In this document: in pieces, positions 9,077 through 20,400 of the stretch
Layout: each line of letters opens with the position of its first letter
How positions within the stretch are numbered: the stretch's first letter is position 1
IMG/VR virus record: IMGVR_UViG_3300017783_000004
DNA length: 53,977 nucleotides
From: an uncultured virus (IMG/VR IMGVR_UViG_3300017783_000004)
Taxonomy: Duplodnaviria; Heunggongvirae; Uroviricota; Caudoviricetes
Strand: one strand, 5' to 3'
Translations under genes and position numbers: made by a program
Notes under the pieces: model-generated
Told to the model about the DNA's origin: nothing
Database searches by the model: none
What the model saw: only the letters and a program-made list of their open reading frames with translations

Positions 9077-10171
9077 CTATTCGTCAAACGGCAAAGCAGG
9101 TACCTGATGAATTTTCTCAACTGTTGAACTATCTTTCTTAACAAAGACTTTAGTTGAAGCTTTTACAACACCATCACTATCTTTTATAAAGACTCCTTTC
9201 ACTTTTGCAACTGGCGTTATTGGTCGATTAGAGTTCTCTGTTGCTTGAAATATAAACGGAGACCTGAATCCATATGGTTGTTGTCTGTTTTGTTGAAAAC
9301 TATAAGACGCCTGACCTTGTGCAATATATGGTTGTCGACCAATAGTAGGATTTCTGTAAATAGAAGGACTTCTATATGAGAAAGGATATGTAAATGGTTG
9401 CCTTCTAATAACAGGGTCTTGTCTATTGTGAGTATTAAGATATTGTGCGTTATGTGCTGAAGGTGTTCTCTTATTTCTAATATTAGGTTCTTGTTGACTT
9501 CTAATATTAGGTTGTTGTTTATTTTTAAGCGCTTGTCTAATAGAAGGTGTTTGTGCGCTTCTAATATTAGGTTCTTGTTGACTCGCTGGTGTTCTTGTTA
9601 TAGAAGGAGTTTGTTTACTCGCTTGATAAGCAGACTGTTTGTTTCTTATAACAGATTCCTGTTTATTTTTAATAGTAGGTTGTTGTTGATTTCTAATAAA
9701 AGGATTCTGCGTATTCGCTTGTGCATCTGCGGTGTAAGGACTTTGAGCGCTTCTAATATTAGGTTCTTGAGCAGTCTGTTGGGCGCTTCTTATACTAGGC
9801 GCCTGTTTGTCTCTAATAACAGGTTCTTGTGCGTTTGCAGTATACGGAGTTTGATGAGCTCTTTCAACCGGATTTTGTCTGTCTCTAATATTAGGTTCTT
9901 GTTGATTTCTAATATTAGGTTGTTGATTACTTTCCTGCTGATTTCTTTCAAACGGATGTTGTTTGTTTCTAATATTAGGTTGTTGATTACTTTCCTGCTG
10001 ATTTCTTTCAAACGGATGTTGTTTGTTTCTAATAACAGGTTGCTGTGCCTGATGCTGTCGATTTCTTTCAAACGGATGTTGTTTGTTTCTAATAACAGGT
10101 TGTTGCGCTGGTTGTTGCACCTGTGTAGCAATAGGATGTTGGTATATGGATGGTTGTTGTCCTACTGGCAT
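9077..10171 (-). CDS. Gln/Arg-rich Pro-punctuated repeat protein (NIRNQQEP type, 364 aa); 'chain B'
   Basis: 8/6/4-aa units; 20-aa x3 block; C-terminal KVKGVFIKD..VFVK motif; SD CAGGAG upstream. Confidence 0.8.
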   Translation of the reverse strand: MPVGQQPSIYQHPIATQVQQPAQQPVIRNKQHPFERNRQHQAQQPVIRNKQHPFERNQQESNQQPNIRNKQHPFERNQQESNQQPNIRNQQEPNIRDRQNPVERAHQTPYTANAQEPVIRDKQAPSIRSAQQTAQEPNIRSAQSPYTADAQANTQNPFIRNQQQPTIKNKQESVIRNKQSAYQASKQTPSITRTPASQQEPNIRSAQTPSIRQALKNKQQPNIRSQQEPNIRNKRTPSAHNAQYLNTHNRQDPVIRRQPFTYPFSYRSPSIYRNPTIGRQPYIAQGQASYSFQQNRQQPYGFRSPFIFQATENSNRPITPVAKVKGVFIKDSDGVVKASTKVFVKKDSSTVEKIHQVPALPFDE

Positions 10172-10177
10172 ATCACA

Positions 10178-11779
10178 TTACTCCTGGTTATTATCATCGT
10201 TTTCATCGTCTTCTGGTGCTTCGTTTTCGTAATACAGAGTCACTTTTAGCGATATTGTATGAGTTCCCATATTAGCATCTGGACTTGTAAATGTAAATGT
10301 ATTAGTTGTCTCGTACTCCTTAACATCTCCACCGCTAGCATTATCACATTTCCACTTGGTAAAAGTACCATTAGTTGTACCAAAACTCCAAGAAGTGCTA
10401 GTTATTGCAGTGCCTGTAGAAATGTTTCCGCTCAGAGTACCCTCATTGAAGGTACCATGAGTAGAGGTACTTCTAGCAACAGAATAATTAGTTCCAGCAT
10501 CGTCTATTTTGTATAGAAGAATAGCACTATTTGCATTAATGCTTTGCTGCTGACCATTTTGAGTACCGCCGGTATTTGTTTCTTCCAGATATGCATCAGC
10601 ATTCTGTCCAGGTGGTATACCATCAGATGAAGCATAAACATATACATTAACATCATTACTTGATTCAACACAATATAATACAATCCAAGGTTCTAGACCG
10701 CTATGGTCCACAACTGAAACCTCACAATGAACTTCAGTATATGGAGCAGTCGTAGTACCAATGTTTTGCGGTTGTAATTCACTAAAGATAAACGGTGTTC
10801 GTGCATTTCTTGAGTTTTGTGTATTAACAATTATTGGAGTTGTAAATGGTGACCTATGTTGGTAAATACTCGGCGATTGATGCTGATAAATTGACGGACT
10901 TCTAAATGGTGAACTATGCTGATAAGTACTTGGCGATTGATGCTGATAAATTGACGGACTTCTAAATGGCGACTGATGCTGATAAGTACTTGGCGATTGA
11001 TGCTGATAAATTGACGGACTTCTAAATGGTGACCTATGCTGATAAATCAACGGACTTCTATGGTCATAAGTGTCTGGACTTCTATGTTGATAGATACTAG
11101 GTTCTCTATTATCGTATGTAGAAGGTGACCTATGGTCATAGGTAAATGGTGACCTATGTTGATAAGTAAACGGACTTCTATAAGGCGACCTATGGTCATA
11201 TATTAAAGGTTCTCTATTTTGATATGTAGAAGGTGTTCGAGAAGGACTTTGGTGGTTATATGTTGAAGGACTTCTGTGGTCATATGTAAAAGGACTTCTA
11301 TGTTCATATGTTAAAGGTTGTCTATTTGTATAGATGCTAGGCGTTCTAGTCTGAGTCGGTGTACGATATATCAAAGGACTTCTATGTTGATATGTAGAAG
11401 GTTCTCTATGTTGATAATTTAACTGATAAGTAAACGGTGACCTATGTTGATATGTCAACGGACTTCCATGTTGATATGTAGAAGGTGTTTGAATATTGTA
11501 TATTGAAGGCGCCCTACTTGTGTATATAGCAGGCGACCTGTGATTATAGGTTTTTTGTGCGACACCTTGAGCAATTATTGGATTTTGTGCATTACTAGGC
11601 GTCTGAACATTTGTAGGTGTTCTACTTTGATATGTAAATGGTTGTGTTCCTTGAGTAGTAACCTGATAAATTCTTTGTGCGATATTCGGTTGTTGACCGG
11701 CTGCAGGTACTCTGGCTAAAAAGGGTTGCTGAAAAGTTCCACCATTCTTATCATGTTTTATAAAAATATCGTCTGACAT
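10178..11779 (-). CDS. Tyr/His-rich Pro-punctuated repeat protein (xTYQHRSP type) with ~200-aa C-terminal globular domain (533 aa); 'chain A'
   Basis: 8/6/4-aa units over residues 19-329; 20-aa x3 block; non-repetitive beta-rich C-terminus. Confidence 0.8.
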   Translation of the reverse strand: MSDDIFIKHDKNGGTFQQPFLARVPAAGQQPNIAQRIYQVTTQGTQPFTYQSRTPTNVQTPSNAQNPIIAQGVAQKTYNHRSPAIYTSRAPSIYNIQTPSTYQHGSPLTYQHRSPFTYQLNYQHREPSTYQHRSPLIYRTPTQTRTPSIYTNRQPLTYEHRSPFTYDHRSPSTYNHQSPSRTPSTYQNREPLIYDHRSPYRSPFTYQHRSPFTYDHRSPSTYDNREPSIYQHRSPDTYDHRSPLIYQHRSPFRSPSIYQHQSPSTYQHQSPFRSPSIYQHQSPSTYQHSSPFRSPSIYQHQSPSIYQHRSPFTTPIIVNTQNSRNARTPFIFSELQPQNIGTTTAPYTEVHCEVSVVDHSGLEPWIVLYCVESSNDVNVYVYASSDGIPPGQNADAYLEETNTGGTQNGQQQSINANSAILLYKIDDAGTNYSVARSTSTHGTFNEGTLSGNISTGTAITSTSWSFGTTNGTFTKWKCDNASGGDVKEYETTNTFTFTSPDANMGTHTISLKVTLYYENEAPEDDENDDNNQE

Positions 11780-11789
11780 ATTTTGTTCA

Positions 11790-14222
11790 CTATATTAAAA
11801 AGAAAAGATGACCTATCTCTTTTCCACTACCACTAGGAAGACCACTAGATAAATCTGAGTCTGTTATCACACTATAATCTAACTCTATGTCGTTACCATC
11901 TAGAGTGATACCATTACTCACTGAAGCTTCTAATGTTATCTCACCATCTGTAGTTGTATTAGTACCACCGTCTGGATTATCATTGTAGGTGAGTTTTATA
12001 CCTTTATTTAGTTCAACATTTGCAGTACCATTTTGAGCTATTGTTCCATCACCACTTGCATCGAACTTAAATTGTTTAGCGACTCTGTTGTCTGTAAAGA
12101 ACACAGCAGAAGCGTCTTCAGTTAAATTACTAGTACTACCAGCTTGGTCACCAGGGTTCCAAGCAGAACCACTCCATATTAGTATTTGACCAGTACTTGC
12201 ACCACTATTGACATTTGCTAAATCTTCTAAGTCGATTGATGGTAAGTCTGATAGAGTTAAAGCAGTAAGAGTAGTTGCAATAGATACATTACCCTTTGCA
12301 GTCTGAGTCTGGGTACCAGTGACTGCACCTGTTAATGTGAAAGTTGAATTTGCAATTGTTAAATCTATTGCACCATCAGCGTCATCGTCATTGTAAGTTG
12401 CTGTAAGACCTGTATGTGTACCATTGGCTGCAATCTGAGCACCAGTAATGTCTTGTACTTTCTCGGTGAGTGTGACATTTGACCATGAAGAACCAGTTTG
12501 AACTAAAATTTGGTCATTAGTATTGTTTGCATCTGAAACATCGTATAAGTCATTTAGAGCAAGTTCGGTAGAAGTAATATCTCCTTTAGTCAAAGCTCTA
12601 AGAGTAGTTGCAATTGTCAAATTACCTTTTGCAGTCTGAGTAGCAGTACCTGTGACTCCACCTGTTAATGTGAAAGTTGAATTGTCTACTACTAGATTTG
12701 TTTTGCCTGTATCATCGTTGTATGTGACTGATAGACCTGTTTCAGTATTACCAGCGAACATTGCACCAGCGATATCTTCAACTCTTTCTCGCATGGGTGT
12801 GTTTTCCCATTGGTCTGTGGTATCATTATACAGTAAAACATGGTCTTCTGCAAGCGCAATAGGATGGTCTACATTTGCAAGATAATCTATATTCTTTAAT
12901 GCGATTCTAGCGTCTGCTCTTCCATCTGTATAATATAGATTAGAATTATGTTCTGTTAAGTTTTGTGTTGTGTGGTTTGCAATACTTGAAACTGTACCAG
13001 TCAAAGAACCTGCGTTTGCATTACTGTCGTGGTCAGATGTTGTATCTAGTATTGTGTGAGTACCAGCAAAGTTTTTAATGTTATTAACTACAGAACTACC
13101 TGATTTGAATACTGAGTTAGTATCACCTGTTATATCATCGACACTTGTAATGTCGCCACCAGTGATACTCAATGTACCATCTGTTAGAGTTCCTACTGTT
13201 GCAGTTCCTGATACATTTGATAAGTTTGAATATACATTTGACCATCTCTTTGATGTTAAACCCAATGAATATGTATTAGTTGTTTCTGGTCTTAGATGAG
13301 AGTTTGCATAACCTGTGAATGTAATTGTATCACTAGCGGCGTTACCTAATGTTGTGTTTCCGTCTACTGTAAGGTTTGCATTTAAGGTTGTATTATCAAC
13401 TACTTGAAGTGTTGATTGCATATGCACATCACCATCAATGTCTACAGCATCTAAATGAGATGTACCATTTACATCGATGTTGCCTTCGATATCTAAGAAT
13501 CCTGAGAATGTTCCGTTGACTGCGCCTGTTATAGAACCACTGTTGATACTCATTGTAGAATCAGTGATAGTAGGTGCAGTTAGTGTCTTGCCTGTTGTGA
13601 GTAAGATATCATCTTCTGCAAATGTCTTACCTGCAAGTTGTATTGTATATCCAGATTCTAGTAGAGTTGTTGGTGATGAACTATCTCCATTTATAATAAC
13701 ACCGTTTGCATTGGTGTTATAGATTGTGTTCTCAACTGTTTTCTGGAAGAATGATGCAACTGAGTTTGCAATATTTGTTCCTACAAATGCACCAGTGTAT
13801 GAGTATACATGAAGTCTATCGTTAGTAGACATTGCATTTGCTTGACCAGATGCATAAGTACCTGTTAGTGTGATACCCTCATGCGAACCTGTACCAGTAG
13901 GATTAGAAATAATGAAATCTACATCTTCTATCAAATGTCTTTCGTTTTTAAATACTTGAATCTTATCTTTTACAAAAATTAAGTTATTTGCAAACTCATC
14001 GTTACCTGTAAATAGTGTTTGGTTTGTTGATGCAACGAATACGAACTCTTGGAAGAAAAACTGTTTGTCTTCTAAAACATTGACAGCATCAACTAGTGTT
14101 CCGTTGTTTCCAGATTTTAATCCTTCTCTTAGACCAGAAACTTCACCCACATCATATGCGAGTTCGTTATAGGTAGTTCTAAAGTCTTCAATTGTTGCGA
14201 AGTTGTCTACTGTTTTAGCCAT
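11790..14222 (-). CDS. Tail fibre-like protein (810 aa)
   Basis: TIEDFRTTYN N-terminal attachment-like motif; internal duplications (STFTLTGxVTGTxTQTAKGN x2); modules shared with the 884-aa fibre. Confidence 0.75.
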   Translation of the reverse strand: MAKTVDNFATIEDFRTTYNELAYDVGEVSGLREGLKSGNNGTLVDAVNVLEDKQFFFQEFVFVASTNQTLFTGNDEFANNLIFVKDKIQVFKNERHLIEDVDFIISNPTGTGSHEGITLTGTYASGQANAMSTNDRLHVYSYTGAFVGTNIANSVASFFQKTVENTIYNTNANGVIINGDSSSPTTLLESGYTIQLAGKTFAEDDILLTTGKTLTAPTITDSTMSINSGSITGAVNGTFSGFLDIEGNIDVNGTSHLDAVDIDGDVHMQSTLQVVDNTTLNANLTVDGNTTLGNAASDTITFTGYANSHLRPETTNTYSLGLTSKRWSNVYSNLSNVSGTATVGTLTDGTLSITGGDITSVDDITGDTNSVFKSGSSVVNNIKNFAGTHTILDTTSDHDSNANAGSLTGTVSSIANHTTQNLTEHNSNLYYTDGRADARIALKNIDYLANVDHPIALAEDHVLLYNDTTDQWENTPMRERVEDIAGAMFAGNTETGLSVTYNDDTGKTNLVVDNSTFTLTGGVTGTATQTAKGNLTIATTLRALTKGDITSTELALNDLYDVSDANNTNDQILVQTGSSWSNVTLTEKVQDITGAQIAANGTHTGLTATYNDDDADGAIDLTIANSTFTLTGAVTGTQTQTAKGNVSIATTLTALTLSDLPSIDLEDLANVNSGASTGQILIWSGSAWNPGDQAGSTSNLTEDASAVFFTDNRVAKQFKFDASGDGTIAQNGTANVELNKGIKLTYNDNPDGGTNTTTDGEITLEASVSNGITLDGNDIELDYSVITDSDLSSGLPSGSGKEIGHLFFLI

Positions 14223-14436
14223 GTAATTTCTCTACTATATCTTTTAATAAGTCTTTAATTTCTGTTACCTCTTTCTTAAGAGTATTTATTTCATTCTTTT
14301 GAGTTTTTAAAAACTCTCTTCTTCTCATTGTCAACCTATACTGTTCTTCGTTAGTATTGATAATGGCATGAGAGGATTCATCCCTAATTAGGTCTGAAAA
14401 TCCTTCCACTTTATGTACTATCTTACGCAAGAGCAA
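14215..14436 (-). CDS. Small conserved coiled-coil protein downstream of the DUF4815-like gene (start uncertain)
   Basis: KVEG.SDL.RD..S.AIINT motif and EINTLKKEVTEIKDLL coiled coil; no ATG start. Confidence 0.65.
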   Translation of the reverse strand: MLLRKIVHKVEGFSDLIRDESSHAIINTNEEQYRLTMRRREFLKTQKNEINTLKKEVTEIKDLLKDIVEKLHG

Positions 14437-17400
14437 TACACCTCAATGCAGTCACTAGTGGTACAATCGAAGTATTACTTGATTGACCAACTATCTTAAC
14501 TACAAAACCTGTGAACTCTGGTAAACCTTCAGCAGTATATTCGTACTCTTTAAAGTTTCTTGCATCTTTTTCGGTCACCACATCTGGTTCTCCATCTCCA
14601 TTGAAGTATTCGAACCCTAAGTCATCGATAGGTGTTGTCTCGTCATTCTTTAATATCTTAAACATGAATTTTAAATCAGATTCAGGTGGTCTATAGTTAT
14701 CTGCAATAACTTTCAATGTAGTTGCAGGATTCTTAAGATTCACTTTTCTAGTGATATAGACCATGGCGTTATTATCGCCATCTGGATCAGTTGAAGGCAC
14801 ATGAATCATAGAACCAGTTGAACCACCAGGTAGGTCATTAGCAGAATCAATATTATTGATTCTATTCATGATACCCAAACAACCAATCGTACCAATATCA
14901 ATTACTGGAGATAAGTTCTGGTTAGCACTAGTAAACTGTAATCTACATTCAAATGATTTATTATTTGTGCCACCAGTCTGTTCTTCTGATTCATTAATAC
15001 TCGATGCGATAATACTAGGTCTTTCGAAATAGTTATTGTCATTTAATGTAATGAATTCATTCTTTGAGCGTAATGTAAATGTTGAATCTAAATTATTATC
15101 TTCAGGTGAATTAGTTCCTGTTCTTCTAACACTTGACAATAATGTTGTGTCTTTATATGTTAAAGAAGGTATCATTGTATGCAATACATCATAGTACATG
15201 TTAGTAGTTGCATATGCTTGGTCACCACCAGCAATAGTTGATTCAACTGCATTGGTATATGATAAGTGATATGATGATAAGTCTGGTGTACATGCAAATG
15301 AGTCGATACCATAATTATTGATACTACTGAATACTTTATTAATTGAATCTACAGGGAAACCACCCAATGTATCTCCAACACTTGATAATGTTATAGTTGC
15401 ATTGTTTGAACCATCATAGTTATTAATAGTGATAGATTCGTTTGCAGTATAACCTACACCTGGGTCTTTGATTGTCACTGAACTAATTTGATTTCCACTA
15501 TTAACTGTTATTGTATCAATCTTAAGTCCTGTACCAGTACCACTGTAGGTATATCCTGTGGAATCCCAATTGGCGCCACTATTGTTATATGTACCAGCAG
15601 TTGGAGTTCCTGTTGTTGAACCTGCTACAGTTAATACACCATTCTTCTTATCTCCTTCTACGCCATATATAACAACATTCGATTGATTGTCGTACATACC
15701 ATGTGAGTAAGAGTATACTCTAAAGAATGATTGATTAGAAAAAGTTTCTATTGAATTATTCTGCAATTTCTTAGGTGGTAAATGTGCGTTGTTAAACACG
15801 ATGTTTGCAGCTGTAGTTGTATTAAACTTAGCGACTCTCATATTAAACTTCAAGTCATCTGTTTGTTCTGCTGTCCATGTAGATGCGTTCTGAGACATGA
15901 ACAATGAACCAGCGTATGGTTGTCCTGATATTGTCTGTCCAGTAATTAAATCTGTTTCGCCCATTCTGGAAATGAAACACTCGTAATCTGTTGAGTTAGT
16001 ATACACAACAAAACAATATTCATGTTTGTCTTCTAGGTATACAGGTGACTCAAATGTAAATGTAGTTGCGGATGAACCATCATCTGAAGTATTGACTTCA
16101 TCTGGATTCTTTGTCACAATTGAGAATGGTATAGTTGTCTGTCCTGGATATCCATTTATCATATTTCTGATTTCTACTGATACAGGTAAACTAGTTGCCT
16201 TACTCTTAAAGAATACATCTATAGATGTTAGGAACATACCGCCATCAGATTCTACCATGAATGATTCTGCTAATGGGTCTTGCCAACCTCTTGGTTCTGC
16301 TGGAATATCAAAGTCAAATATTCTTCTGTCTTCTCTTGGAAGAACCATTAAATCAGCGGGTGGGAACCTTGGAGGTAATGGTACAGGAGGTGGTACAGGA
16401 ACAGGCACCGGCGGTGTAGGCACAGGCACAGGTACCGGAACTGGTACAGGGACTGGCACAGGCACAGGCACCGGATTCGGCACTGGCACATATACCGGAG
16501 TTGGTGGCATAGGTGGTGGTGTCGGTGGTATTGGTGGAGGCGGCGCAATAGGTGGTGGTGGGGGTGGTAATGAACCATCTCCTGTCACATTTAATCTTTC
16601 ACCTCTTCTTGTAATTGTTCTTTCGCCTGATAATCTTTCTGTCACCACTCTACCATTTCTAGTAGATACTATTTCTGTTTGTGAACTATTTAAGAGACCT
16701 TGTGCTTGATAAATCTCTGCACCCATTGAATCTGGATTACTTTGATTCGATGACTGAGATGTTATCTTTAATTCTCTTTGTCCTGTTGGGAATCTTTGGA
16801 AGTTGTCATTAGGTATTAAGAACTTACATTCTACTTTACCATTACCATTTGTTTTTATTCCAACACCCTTGTTTGTTGTTCCGTCTTGTGAGAAGTCAGC
16901 ACTACTAGGTGTGACATAACCATCTACTCTGATACCATCAAAGTATACAAAGTGTTTTGTGTTTGGTTTTAAGTTAGTTCCTACTGCTGTTATCTCTCTA
17001 CTTCTAATGAAAGGTATAACACTGACACTAACAACTCTATCATTTCTTGTTTCTACAAAGTCTTCAACTACTGAAGTATTAACACCTTGTCTTGATTGAA
17101 TTTCTGGTGTTTCGGTAATCTCTGTTGTTATGATTGTACCTTGAACCCATTCACCACCTTGAGCAGGGTCACCAGACCAATTGCCAGGAACAGCTGCATC
17201 TACTGAAGAACTAACTACGGTTGGTTCACCAACCCATGTTGTCTGCCAGTTATTCCATATTGTTCCAAGTGAGTTTTGATTCTCTGCAAGAACAGCGTCA
17301 AAGTTTCCTTCTCTGTTGATTCTAACTTCTGGTAATTGTTCTGTATCATTCCATATATCAGAACCAGGAGTCAATTTGACATTACCTATAAATGCAAATA

Positions 17401-20400
17401 CATGATATGGATTAACATTGACATGTCTAGATGCCTTATCCTGATTTACATATGATACTTGTGAGTAAGGTAATGTAATTAAATCACCAGTCTGCTGATA
17501 ACCAGTTGAACCAGATGCATTTAATTCTATATCAAAGAAGTTTGATACTGATTCTGGTCTTAATTGTCCCAATTTAGTATCTATACCAACATGATAATCA
17601 GGATGAGATACATCACCAATTTTGTGACCTCTGAAGTTATCTACTAAGAAACCAGATTTGAATCTATCGAAACCTTGTGCATCTAATATCTGTTTTGTTT
17701 GTGTGTCTTTCTCTAATAAAGACAATGCAGTAATTCTTTCTAAGTTTGTGACTCTCTGATTGATTTTACCAATGTCGCCCATTGTAAATCTTCTGTAGTC
17801 TTTTGTTTTTACTTGTATTTGTTTTACATTTCTTGTAAATGCAGGTATAAACAATTCGAACATTTCTAAAGAATCATCAATTGAATTTGGTCTTTGTGGT
17901 GTTAAGGTCGGATTACCTTGTGCAACTTCGAATTTACCACTTCTATGTAAGAATACTTTATCGATTCTAGGCACATAGAACTCTATGTTTGACTTAATCA
18001 TTGATGTTGGCAAAGGACATCTTGAATATGATGAATGTGCTGTCGTAATATCAGCAGTAGATACTCCTAATAGATTATCTCTAGAGGATTCAAAACTTCT
18101 TGCTTCATATGCAAATGGAGATATTAAGTGACCTGTACCATCACCACTACTGTAGTCTGATACATCTAATATACTTGCAATATTGAATACATAACTCTGA
18201 CTAACTAAATCTGCATTACCAAATAGTTGACCAACTGATGGTCTAAAGTCTACTGCATCTGCAAGTTCAAATTGTCCATCTGGTTCAAAACCACCCAAGT
18301 CTACTTTGTTTGGTGAGAAGTTAGGAATGTCTTTATATGAAATACTATTTGTATATGAATTTACATCATAGAAATCACCAGAACCACCTACAAACATATC
18401 AAATAATACTGTTATTTGATTATTTGGTGTTGTCTGTCCTTGTTTTAAAATAAGTTTTGCGTGGTCATAATAACCATCTCTTTGACCATTGTCTAAAGAG
18501 TATCTATTTGTTATTTCAGGAGATTGAACTCCTAATGATGTTATGGTTGCAATTCCACCTGTTGTTTCATCTACTACTGTTTCGCCTGCGGTAAACTTTT
18601 CGGTTCCTAAGTAGTAAAAATAACATGTTTGCGTATCAGTAAACTTCATAAGTTTAGCACGAACACCTGTTGTAGCACCTTTAATTATATTTCCTGTTGT
18701 ACTTGTACCAGATGTTAGAGTTATAACTGCATTTGGTGGTGTTGCAACACCACTTGTATCTGTTCCTGGAACTGCCTCAAATATGCCTCTGATTTTGTAT
18801 ACATCTGAAACACCAAGAGATAGTTCTTTGTGGTCATATGCAGTACCATAGAATGGATTATCTGCATGTGCATCGTTCTTAGTGAATCTTAATGCACGAA
18901 ACTCTCTTAAGTTCTTTGATTTCGATGTTGGGTTAGTGACACTAACTGTATATGTCGCCCTTACGATTGCACCATCGTCAGCAGCTGCACCCAATACAAC
19001 TTCACCAGATGATGTATTGACTGAAGAGACATCATCGCCTCCTAATACTACACCATTAGCTCTTGTTGGACTTCCTGTCGCTTCTTTGACAATTGCGAAC
19101 TGATAGTTGTCGTTGTTTTTTGGTTCAAATGATTCGTTTGCTTCTTTTGTGAGTGTTATCTCACCAGAAGTACCAACTTCAAATTCTTTTTGATACTTAA
19201 CTGTAATCTCTGTAGGTGTTGATTTACTTACATGGTCTCTAGGGAATGCAAATACTGTAGAAGATTGGTCTTGATTGTAAAGTTTTGCTCTTCGTCTGAG
19301 TAGTCCAACTTGTTTAATGTTAGTTCCGGCAGCAACTAGTGTTGCATTTGAATTGTCTGTCACGGATGCAATAAGTTGTTCAGCACCATTACCATCTAAG
19401 ACTATATCACCCTTTCTTAGTTCAGTCAAGAAATCAGTACCAACACCTGTTAAAGCTGTACTAGTTATTGTTGTTAGACCCGATATAACTTTGTCGTTGT
19501 CTAATGCAATATTGGCAGTAAAGTTTTGTGTTCCTGTTGTTTCAGAAGACTTAGTTTGACCAACACTTCTTGCATCTTCTACTTGAAAACTACGAACAGC
19601 AGTAATACTAAAATCTACTTTTACTTTACCTGTTCCAGTTCCTGCAGCTGCAGCCGTGAAAGTAGAACCTACTGCGTATGTCTGACCAGAAGTGCCTGCG
19701 GCCGTATTCCACTGTGCTTGAGTTGTGTTTCCAAGTTCCGTTATTATATATGGAGTAGTTGAAACAAAACTTCCAGCATTGACTATAATCGTACCGCATG
19801 TACCTTGTCCCTTTAGTGAAAGGGTATCTGTTGTTTTGAATGTACCAACAACATCATGTACCATAATATGATTGTTTGTAGTATCTGCATATGCAACAAT
19901 ACCTACTGCGCCAGATGCTGAACCTGTGACTTTATCACCAACTTTGAAGTTGTTTGTCGCAACTGTAGTACTTAACATTGTGAACATCTTGATATCAAAT
20001 AGATATAGATTTTCAAAAGCAGTTGAGTGTTCGTCAATGTTTCTTACTCTTGCAAAACCGATATGACCAACTGTTGTTGTTGATCCAGTGCCTGCATATG
20101 CATTAAGTGTGCCTGGTGTTGCAGTTGCCTTATCAAATAGTTGAATTGCTTTATATGATTCTGTATTTGTAGAATCACCAAACTCTGGTTGACCATGTGA
20201 ATCTTTAATTCTTAATTTGTTTCCTAGTCTTGCAGGTGTGTTTGCGTTTGTAAGCGCCTCTGTTGTTCTTGCCTTGTTTAATGTTAAATTCGTTGTGCCT
20301 GTTTTATCAATAGAGTAACCTTTAACATATGCTTTACCAGGAGAGACTTGCATAACAAATTGACTCTCATCTCCACCTTGATACGCTTCATAGAATCCTC

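Noticed and set aside
371..11201. Diversity-generating retroelement TR/VR pair
   Set aside because: No reverse transcriptase in the window, and the copies are identical rather than adenine-mutated.
9221..11725. DNA inverted repeat or inversion explaining the A/B mirror symmetry
   Set aside because: Both genes are on the same strand, and B is not the reverse complement or reverse of A. The symmetry is only in protein unit spacing.
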